Assembly: GCA_013416795.1 (NCBI GenBank)
Contig: RQSC01000005.1
Location: 413,943 to 477,942, forward strand
From: Prasinococcaceae sp. CCMP 1430
Taxonomy: Eukaryota; Plantae; Prasinodermophyta
Length of the DNA: 64,000 nt
Direction of reading: 5' to 3'
In this document: in pieces, positions 51,700 to 61,520 of the stretch
Position numbering within the stretch: position 1 is the stretch's first letter
How the letters are laid out: each line of letters starts with the position of its first letter
The notes under the pieces: model-generated
Database searches by the model: none
Told to the model about the DNA's origin: nothing
The model's input: only the letters and a program-made list of their open reading frames with translations
Translations under genes and position numbers: made by a program

Positions 51700-54049
51700 A
51701 TGGAGGCGCATCTGGCGAAGCGCCCGCGCGTGGCGCTCAGCGCCGGTGGGTATGGCGACGGCGACTGCGGTGTGGAACGGCTCGCGTACACCGCAGCGGA
51801 GCTGTGCGCCGCGCGTGCTGCCGCGGCGGCGCGCGCGGGAGCGGCGTTGAGCGCGGCGCGAGCGGTGCCGCGCGCAGCGCGCGGGGGGATTGGCGTGGCA
51901 AACATCGAGGTGGAGGTCCGGGAGACCGCCTACGCGGGCAATGGGCTCTTTCTGAACAAGGTGTGTGCATAAGTGCTCGCGGCTGCACGGCCTGCCTCGA
52001 GGCGCGCGGGGCGCGCTCACGCGCGCTCGCTCATGCCACGCCTGACCTCTTCCAATGCGCTCGACTGTGCCGCGTGCCGTGCGTCGTGCGCTCTGAAAGC
52101 CGGCGCGCGCGGGTGAGCTCGTGGTCGTCGATGGCCCTCCGCTCGCAGCGCTCGTCTTCTTGCCCGACCAAGGTGGTGCTGCTAGCGAGAACGAGGAAGA
52201 GGAGCACGATGCCGGCGGTGCAGGAGGCAGCGGCATCGGCGGCGGCGGTGGTAGCAGCATCAGCGCGCAGGGCATGAGCGCGCCCGCCGGTGGCAGCTAC
52301 GAGGGCCTGGATTCTCACCCGGGCGTGGACTCGGGCAGTGGCTGCGAGTCCGAGGAGGGCGCGTACGAGGATGGCGCGCAGGCACACCCACGCGAGGTCT
52401 GCGCGCATTGCTTCAACTTCGTTGGCGGCGCCGCAGCGGCGGCCGCACGCAGGCTGACCGAGCTGCGCGAAGGAGCCGTCGAAGGCGCGGAACGTGTGAT
52501 CTCTGACTGCTCCGAGCCCTCTCTCCTCGAGTCCCTCTCAACCCTCGAGGCTCATCTGGTGGATGGCGCGTGCGCCCGGACAGGGGTCCGGTGCGCGTGC
52601 GGCGTTGTATACCGCGGCGCTTCGTGCGCCGAGGCCGCCGCTGCGCAGCATCACGCGCTGCTGTGTACGAGCGATGGCGTTGAAGGCACGAACGGCGGCG
52701 GCGGCGGCGGCGGCGCTGCTGAAGGTGCCTCGAATGCGCTCGCACTCGCCGACTCGATCGCGGTGGCCACCAATGAGTCGCTTGCACTTGCGGGGCAAGC
52801 GCTCGCGCGCGTTGCGATGCGCGCTGCTTGGGAGCTGCGTCAGGCTCGAGAGAACAGGTGCGGGCGTTGTTTGCACGCACCACTGCTCCTGGACGCAGCC
52901 CCTGCGTGAGTACGTGCTTGCCTGCGCTCGCGAACGCCCCCGCTGACCCCCTAATAGCGCCACCCACACCCCAATGGTTGAGGAGCACGAGCGTGCGCTG
53001 CGTGCCGCGTGGCTGCCCTACGCGGCCGTGTATTCGCTACCATGGTGGGAGGTGCTGCCGCTTTCCGATGCTGAGTGCATCCGCGCCAGGGAGTGCGCGC
53101 AGGACTACGTGAGCGTGCTGCGCGCGGGCGTGCGGCGGCGCGTGGAGCAGGGCTGGACGCTGCGCGTCACGCGGCGGAGCGTTTCGGAGGCCACCGGACG
53201 CGATGGCGGTACGTATTGGCGCTTGCCTTGAGGCGACGCAGTGGCGCCTGTCGCGCCTGTCGCCTGTCACCAGAGTTCAACGAGTGCGCCAGATCGACCT
53301 CACTGACGTGCGTCGCTCGCTGGCGTATAGGCGGCGCAAACACGCCCGCTGAGCCCATCGCGAGCAACACCTTACGCTTGCCGTGGGCAGAGCTGCGTGA
53401 GCTCTGGCCCACGCTCGAGACTCGAGTGTTCACCACGGAGGCGATCGGTTACCTGATGGGCGCTTTTGAGCTCAACAACCTCAGGCTCACGGTGGCGGAC
53501 CCGCTGGGAGCGCATATTGATGCGCTCGATGCTGTTGAGGAGGGAGAGACGGCAGCTCGAGAGGCCAGCGCGCACGAGCAGCCTGTGGAAGCCGCGATGC
53601 GCGTGCTGGCGCGCGAGCGCGCCCCGGAGCGTCGACCGGCGCTGGGCAGCGCGCTGTACGCCCTGCATTCGCAGGTGAACCACAGCTGCGAGCCAAACGT
53701 TGAGGCCGTGCCCGAGCGGAGGCGCGGCGAGCCGACGGGAGCCGCGGTTCTGTACGCGCTGCGCGACATTGAGGTGCGCCCACGTGTTTGCGCGCATGCG
53801 CTGGCTCAAGCAGAATGCTATGTGCGCTGACGCACACACATGCGTGGCATGCGCGCTGGCGGCATACTCTCGCACCAGGCCGGCGAGGAGCTGCTGGTGA
53901 GCTACATCGACGAAGACGCGCCACTGCAGGAGCGTCGCGCCGCACTCAGCGAGTACGGATTCCAGTGCGCTTGCCCGAAGTGCCGGCGCGAGGACGCCGC
54001 CGCTGCGACCGCTGCCGGCGGTGTCAAGGGCAAGCGCAAGGCCGCTTGA
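51700..54049 (+). CDS. SET-MYND lysine methyltransferase, ATXR2/SMYD5-like
   Basis: Exons 51700-51960, 52100-52857, 52958-53208, 53331-53773, 53879-54049. Motifs GNGLF, CAHCFNFVG, CGVVY...CAEAA...HHALLC, ALYALHSQVNHSCEPN, GEELLVSYID...ERRAALSEYGFQCACPKC. Confidence 0.85.
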
Positions 54050-54530
54050 ACATCGAAACCATCGCGCAAGCGGCTCTCCCAGCAGCCGTCTGGCCGCCGC
54101 CGTGTGCCCGATGGTACCAAACCAAGCTGCAGGGGGCACTCACCATGGCCGACGCGGGCGCGCCGACCGCCCCATCGACCTCCGCGCTCCCTGCGCGGAG
54201 GACGGAGGGGGGACCAGGAGCACCTTCCCGGTGTTGTGAAAGCGCCACCTTTGCTCAATTGAAAACAAATGTATTGTGCACGCCGCCTAAAAGTCTGCCG
54301 CGGCGTTTTTACATGCTTTTTGACCTGCGCGGTTGCCCCAGCAAGTGCCGCGGGGCGAACGTTGGGGAACGTAGGATGAGTGAGACCGCGGCCTGCGCTC
54401 GCGCGCGCGGCACACGCGGTGCCCTGCGCACTTGCCCCTCCCCCCCCTCCCCCCGCCCCTCTGCCACGCACACACACTTTTAACGAGTCGGTAGGGTCGA
54501 GGCGTAAGGGCGGAGGGCGGGGTTGGGGGG

Positions 54531-56577
54531 GTGATGACGAACGCGGAGGCGCACGCGCGGGCGTCGCGCAGAGCGAGGCCACGCGCCGGCAGCGCGGCGC
54601 CCAACGGGCGCTCGCCAACGTGGGGGAATGCGTGGTACGGGGACGAGACTGCGCGCGGCGCGGGTGTACCGCAGCGGCAGCGAGGCGCCTCACCCGCCGC
54701 CGACGGTGTGAAGCGATCCATCTTCGAGCCAGGCGAGATCCCAGGGCTTGAAGGCGACACAGGGGGCGGCGCTGACGACGACACGCACCACGACGAGCAA
54801 GAGCACGCTGGCGAATACGAGCTGCGCGCCAACTACCGACCACCATCGCAGCCGCGGCCGCCGCCGTCGCCGCAGCAGCATCAGCGCGCAGACTACAATG
54901 ACATCTACCAGCAGGAGTGGCCCCACCAGCAGAACGGCTACCAGCAGTATGAAGCGCCAACGCAGCAAGCAAAGCCAAAGATGCGCTTCGACGACTGGCT
55001 CGCCGAGGCTGAGGGCACGCCAGCCCAAGGGAACGCTGCACGTCGTCGGCAGCAGGCCGCCGCACGTCGCAGCGGCCGCCTGCCGCAGCTCGTAGGAGCA
55101 CGTGGCGCTGGCTCCCCGTCGGTAGCGGGAAGCGTGGCCTCCCGCATGTCGCTCGGTGTGCCGCGCCTGCAGCACAATCGCCCGAAGGGAATGCGTGGCC
55201 CCTCGCCACCGCCCAAGCCGGGCTCCGTCGTGGGCTCGGTGGACATGTACGGCTCGCCCCAGGCAGACCCACGCTGGCGGCCGGCCGTGCAGCGCGCAGA
55301 CCGCGAAGGCCGCGAGAAAAACAGAGCGGGCAGCCTGGGCTTGGGGATGCTACCCGAGAAGGGCACTGAGCTCTCGCACACGCCCTCCAAGGGACGGCGG
55401 CATAGTCCGCTCGCCTCTCGCTCACCAATGGGCAGCTATGCGAGCGAGCGAGCGACATCAGCGCCAAGTGAGGTGCCCTCAGGCCACGGCTCGCCTTGGT
55501 CACCCTACTCAGCCCCACGCGCGCTTGTAGATCGCACCCCTTCGCCTCAGGCGAGGTGCGTGCGCGCGCGACCGCAATGCCCCCATGGTGCCCGCACCCG
55601 AGAACCCCGCCAAGGCGCTGACACGCGCGCGCGTGCGCAGGCGCTTTTCGCGCCGTGGCCCCGTGTCTGAGGCTGGCTCGCGCCAAACCAATATGAGCCG
55701 CATGTCGTGGATGTCGCGCGCGAGCGGCAAGTCGCTCGCGCACCAGTCCAGTGAGCAGGTAGGCAACATCTTCAATCCTGTGCGTGGCATTCGCGACGAG
55801 ATGCGCCGCGCTGGATACAAGCCGGTAGACCACCACCGCCACAACATGCGCGCGCTGCGCCAGATGCAGCGCCAGAACCAGGCCCGACGGCTGCCGCCGC
55901 TCGCAGACGGCGGCGGGCACGGCGGCGCACGACCTGGCATCGGGCAGCAGCAGAGAGCGTTCCGCGCGAGGCGCCCCCCCAGGGACAAGTACGCCGCCAT
56001 CCGCGAGCAGCACAAGGCGCAGCGCGCCCAGCGCCAGGAGGATGAGCAGCTGCAGCACCAGCCCGGTCCGCCTGGACGCGCCGGGAGCGGGCGTCGCCGG
56101 CTAGCGCCGCTAGCCCCCGAGCGCGACGAGGCTGCCGCTCTCGCGCGGCAGCAGGAAGAGCGCCGCGCAGCGGCGCGCGAGCTGCGTCAGATGCGCGAAG
56201 AGGAGGCTCGCGTCGCCGCTGAAATTGAGACAGCGCATCGCGACGCCCCACCGGGCACCACGCTCATGCCCGATGAGGAGAGGCTGGCCACCCTCGAGGT
56301 GGTGCGTGAGCGCGCCCGCCCGCTCGTGCGGATACACGTGCAAAGCTGCGCGCAAGCGCGCATGCGCGGCTCGCGTGGGCACGCTAACGCACGCGCACCC
56401 GCCCGCCCGCAGGTCATGCGCAAAGCAGCCATCGCCCGCTGCCAGCTCCGCGAGGCGCGCTCTGAGACCGAGCGTGCCGAGGCGTCCGCGATGCTCGACG
56501 AGATGGAAGAGGCGATAGGAATCTTCTCCAAGCGGCACGTCTGGATCAAGGACAATGACGATGGCGACGACCCCTGA
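54531..56577 (+). CDS. ENKD1: Enkurin-domain protein, ENKD1-like, with a long disordered N-terminus
   Basis: KPVDHHRHNMRALRQMQ and PPGTTLMPDEERLATL...LDEMEEAIGIFSKRHVWIKD match the enkurin/ENKD1 pattern. Introns 55556-55640 and 56302-56412. A possible extra 5' exon at about 54144. Confidence 0.7.
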
Positions 56578-56679
56578 GAGTCCCACGCGCGCATCCCGGC
56601 GGAAAGTACAACAGTATTACTGTACACAAAGGTGGGGAATGGGGGTGGCCCAGCTCATGCGCGCGAGCGCCCCGCACCT

Positions 56680-57560
56680 TCAGCGCGTATCGCACCGTGC
56701 CCACACGTGGTACACGCCCATGTCCGCGCCGCCGCCTGATGACGAGCCCCCCGGCAGCCTGGCCTCGCGCGCGGTCTTGCCTTCGATGCGTGAGATCCTG
56801 AGGTCCATATCGCAAAAGGAAGTCGTCATCGTGACCGAGGGCGCGGCGGCGGTGTTGCCTGCACCAGCGGCGAGCATCTGCTCCAGCGGGGCGCTCAAGC
56901 CGTCCAGCGGCGTGCCCGTGTCGTCAACGCGCGTGCTCGTAAGGCTCACGTCGAGCTCCGCTCCCAGTAAATTGCTTGTACTGCTGGCGAGCACGGTGAG
57001 CCTGCACTCCGTGATAAACGTGATGGATGGCGCGAGGGGACCGAGCGTTTTGAGCAGCGTGAGCCCCACGCGGCTCTCGAGTGTCGCCGTGCCACTGTAC
57101 GCGCCAGACAGGTCGATGATCTGATCCGCGTCTCCAAAATCGGCGGCGAGCGGCGCTCGGAGCGCATCGATTGCCGCTGCGACCGTCGGCGCCACTGCCG
57201 GGTTGGACGCGGTGGCGGCGCGCAGAGCGTCCTCCGCGAGCCAGTAGAATGGCGACGCTCGCCACACCTCTGGCACACTGGAGTAGATGAGCCGCCAGCG
57301 TCCCTGGAGAGGGCCCGTCGACGTCGCAGTGGCCGCGCCGGCATCGGCGAGCGTGCGCACGGCGTCGTCGATGGCCTCGCGCTGCGCCGCGGATTGCACG
57401 AGCCCGCCACGCTGTGTGGGTGCCACGAGCCGCAGCAGCCTCTCCTTGGCGACGAGCACGCGCACGGGCTCGCCGTAGGCCGGGTCGGTGTAGTCGGCCG
57501 CGGCCGCGGCCACGGCGTGCGCCGCCAAGGCGCTGTGAGCACACCAAGCGGCAGGGGCAT
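56680..57560 (-). CDS. PAP/fibrillin plastid lipid-associated protein; 5' end unresolved
   Basis: KERLLRLVAPTQRG...QREAIDDAVRTL, LQGRWRLIYSS, QIID, DMDLRISR. Confidence 0.8.
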
Positions 57561-57782
57561 GGCGCGAGACGCGCCATATGCAACCTGCAAACTGGATTTC
57601 TAAAAAAGCGCGTGTACACTGTACATAGTGTACGTAATAAGCTCTTCCTCTTTTTCCCTCCTCGACCACGGGTTGCGTGGTCCTCGGAAGGCCCATGGCG
57701 ATGCGCTGGGTGCCCGACGCCGGCGCCGCCTCGCGGCATCGCAGCGCGTGCGTCAACGCAGACCGTATATCAGCGTGTGCCC

Positions 57783-58408
57783 TCACTTCTTCATAGAGGC
57801 GTACATGGCGTCCACCTCCGCCTGGTACTTCTTCAGCAGCTGGGGCCTCTTCTTCTTGAAGGTGGGCGTCAGCAGCTCGCTCTCCGGGGTCCACGCCTCG
57901 GGCTCGAGGTGCACCGCCTTTACCATCTCGAAGCCCTTGAGCCTGCCCTCCTTGCCCGTGGTCGTCAGCAGAGAGAGGATGTGCGCCTTGGCCTTGTCGC
58001 TGGCGCAGATGGCCGCAAAGTCGCCCGACACGCCGTTGTCCCCGGCCCACTTCTTGAGCTTGTCCTCGTTGGGGCACACCACCGCAACCAGCGTGCTCTC
58101 AAACGAGTTGCCGTACACCCACACCGCGTCGAAGTCGCCGCACTTGCCGAAGATGTTCTCGAGCTTCTCCACGGCGACGTACTCGCCCTGCGAGAGCTTG
58201 AAGATGTTCTTCTTGCGGTCGACGATCTTGATGGCGCCTTCGGGAGTGATGATGCCGATGTCACCCGTGTGGAACCAGCCGCTCTCCTCGAGCACCTCCG
58301 CGGTGAGCTCGGGCTGCTTGTAGTAGCCCTTGAAGACCGCGGGGCCCTTGAAGCAGATCTCGCCCGCGGGCGGGTCGTTGGTGGGCAGGTAGTTCATCTC
58401 CGGGACGG
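57783..58408 (-). CDS. LACS: Long-chain acyl-CoA synthetase, C-terminal about 208 aa only (rest missing at n58409)
   Basis: GEICFKGPAVFKGYYK, GWFHTGDIG, KIVDRKKNIFKLSQGEYVAVEKLE, LLTPTFKKKR. Very high GC3. Confidence 0.92.
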
Positions 58409-58409
58409 N

Positions 58410-61395
58410 CGCCCCCGCGCCTGGCGCGCTGCGTCGAGCCCCGCCGCGCGCGCTCGTGCTTCCGCCGCCGGCCGCGCTCACGCCCGAGGCCTCGGTGCTT
58501 GCGTCAGTGGCGAAGGACTTCGCCGCGATGGGGCTCGGCGCGGCAGTTTTGCTCGCGGGCATTGCCTCCACCGACCAGGGGCGCGCCATCCTCACGAGTG
58601 GCGGCGCAGGCACGTACCCCGCAGATGACGGGGAGGCCGGCGGAGGCGGCGCCCGCGAGATGCTCTGCGGCGTCGACGTGACCGGGTTCGAGGTGATGAG
58701 CCACCCGGACGTGCGCCGCGCCGCCGAGTTCGCGCGCGTCGCTCACCGTGGGCAGCAACGCAAGACTGGGGAGCCGTACGTGAACCACTGCATCGAGGCA
58801 GCGCGCATTCTAGCGGCGACGGTTCCCGCAGACGAGGTTCTGTCCGCGCGCGCGGTGGAGACCGTCGTCGCGACCATCGTGCACGACTGCGTGGATGACA
58901 CGCCCGTCACGCTCGACGAGCTGCGCAGCGAGTTCGGGCCGGCTGTCGCGTCGCTCGTGAGCAGTGTGAGCCGCGTAGGAGACGTCACGCAAGTGCTACG
59001 CCGCAAGCGCTTCATGAAGGAGCTCGCCGGCCGTGCGGGGACCACGTCGGATGGACGCGGCAACCTGCCCACTCGCCTGTCGCAGCTGGAGGAGGGCGCG
59101 CTGCTGGGCATGTTGCTCGACATGGTGGACGACCCGCGTGTGATACTAATCAAGCTCGCTGACAGGCTACACAACTGCCGCACGCTGTGGGCGCTGAAGC
59201 CGTCCAAGCGCGAGGCCGTCGCCGACGAGACGCTCGTCATCTGGTGCAGTCTGGCGGGCCGCCTGGGACTGTTCGCTGTCAAGGCCGAGCTTGAGGACCT
59301 GTGCTTCGCCGTGCTCGACCCCGTGGCCTTCGCGTCTGTGCGCCACGGCCTTGATGTGATGTGGACGCCCGCTGGCGCGGAACCGCCCGCCGCGCCAGAG
59401 GTGCCGGGCGCCGACGCGCCAGCCGAGGACGTGCGCGCGTTCATGGGCTTGGTCATGCCCTTCGAGGTGCTCAACGGGCGCGCGGGCGGGAGCGCCCTCG
59501 AAGCTGCGGGCGCCCGCGCAGAGGGCGTGGACGTGCACCTGCCTTCCGCCGCCGCGACGGAGTCGCTGCACGCCATCGAGGGAACGTTGCTGCGCGAGCT
59601 ATACCTTCGCGTAGGGTACGTGCCGGGGACGGAGGTGCGCCTATACGGGCGCCTCAAGTCCATGTACTCAACGTACTGCAAGATGCTGCGCAAAGGCGTG
59701 GCGCTCGCACAGGTCTATGATACGCGAGCGCTGCGCGTGGTCGTCGGTGTGACCGCCGACACGGCGAAGGCGGCGCAGGTGACGTGCTACCGCATGCTCG
59801 CCACAGTGCACAGGCTGTGGGCACCCGTTGCCGGTGAGATGGACGATTACGTGGCCAACCCTAAGCGCAGCGGCTACCAGAGTCTGCACACAGCCGTGAT
59901 AGCGCCGGACGGGGCGCCGCTCGAGGTGCAGATTCGCACTCAGGAGATGCACGAGATGGCGGAGTACGGCGACGCAGCGCACTTTCTTTACAAGGAGTCG
60001 TACACACCCGAGGACAACGCGGCCATCCTCGACCTCGACGGGACCGAGTCAGCGGAGGAGGAGGACGGGGAGGGCGCTTCGGTGAGCGACGCCATCGACT
60101 GGCTCACAGATTTAGACAAGCTCATCGGTGAGGTACCCTCGGACCGCCGCGGGCGCCGCGCGGAGAAGCTGCGCAAATCGCTCGCGAGGCGCGCGGCCTC
60201 GAAGGACGGCGCGGCCGCAAGCGGTGGCGCAGTTGAGCACGCTGTTGACGTCGAGAGCGGCGTGGCCGCGCAGAGCCGCGACGCTGCGATGGCGCAGCTC
60301 GCCGAGGGCGCGGGGAGCAAGCCTGCATCTGCTCAGGAACACGCGCTCTCTGCTGTCGCAGCCGAGTCGTGGAGCGGACGCCCCATGCTGCGAGTCGACA
60401 GGGACGTACTTCTCGATTCTGTGACTATGGACGTGCTCGACGGTGGGAATGAGCTCGTGGTGGCGACCTACACCGCCGGGCGTCTGCTTGAGCCCGAAGC
60501 GGCAGCGCGCGATCGCTGGGAGCCATATGCTCGGGCCGCGCGCCACGCTGCGTCGCGCGGGCTCCGCCTGCCGGGGCAGAGCGACTCGGACGTCGTGCTG
60601 GAACGCTTCGTGCTCTGCCAGGATGGGCTGTACCACAGGACGGATGTGTACGACCACAAGAGCCACATCTTCCTTACTCCGATGCAGGTGGATTCCGAGT
60701 TTAGGCCTATGCTCGAGAACGCACGTGCGATGGCTGCAGGGGCAGGGCGGTCGCCTGAGCCCGTCGGCGACGGGGTGGCCGCCTTGGATGGCCGGTCGCC
60801 GGATGGCTTCGAAGGCGAGGACGCCGCGCCGCCTCCGGAGAGCGTCAGCACGGAGGACACGTCGCGGCCGGCTGCCGCGGAGAGTGACAGTGCGGTTGTG
60901 CTTGCCAACAAGGCGCGCAAGCTGCGCTCAATGTTGCAGTGGGACATCGAGGCCGAGATGGCTCAACTGAGCGAGGACACCAACGCCGTCGAGGCGTTCG
61001 AGGCCGCGATGGCAGTCGAGGCCGCTACCGACGCGGCCAACGCAGAGGACGGCGATACCTCTCTCAGCACGACCAGTGTGCTGATGCTTCCAAGCGGCAA
61101 GATTTTGCAGGTGCCACGCGGCGCCGACGCCACTGACGCGGCCGTCCAGGATCTGAAGGCGCGCGACGAGCTCGAGGTCCTTCCAGGCCTGCTCGCCGAG
61201 GCGCGCGCGAAGGTTGCAAAGACTTGGACGCTGGTCGTCAACGGCACGGAGATTAAGGCCGACTTGCCAGGGCCCCAGCTCAATCCTGGCGACGTGGTCG
61301 AGATGATTCCGAAGGCCACCGGCCCCGATTTGTCGGTGCCCCTCAGCTCGCACGGGGAGTACGAAACCGCAAGCAATCGAACGCGCCAGCAGTGA
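58410..61395 (+). CDS. RSH: RelA/SpoT homologue (plastid ppGpp synthetase/hydrolase); N-terminus probably truncated at n58409
   Basis: HD domain (AHRGQ.RKTGEPYVNH, HDCVDD, IKLADRLHN), synthetase (GRLKS.YS, D.RALR, EMDDYVANPKRSGYQSLHT, EVQIRT, AEYG.AAH), TGS-like C-terminus. Confidence 0.92.
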
Positions 61396-61520
61396 CGCGC
61401 TCCTAGGCGAAGGCTCGCCCGCGTGCGCCACGCAGTAATAAGAGCTGGTCGCCACACCGCGCAATGCGCGCCTCTGGGCACGCGCTAGGTCGGCCGCGCA
61501 GAGTTCGAGGACATGCACTA

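Noticed and set aside
9245-56412. Introner-like repeated introns
   Set aside because: Introns compared by eye share only splice signals and RY-rich composition, not extended sequence identity
57783-58408. LACS pseudogene or LACS-RSH rearrangement
   Set aside because: The truncation coincides exactly with an n join, and the frame and codon bias are pristine; an assembly gap is more likely
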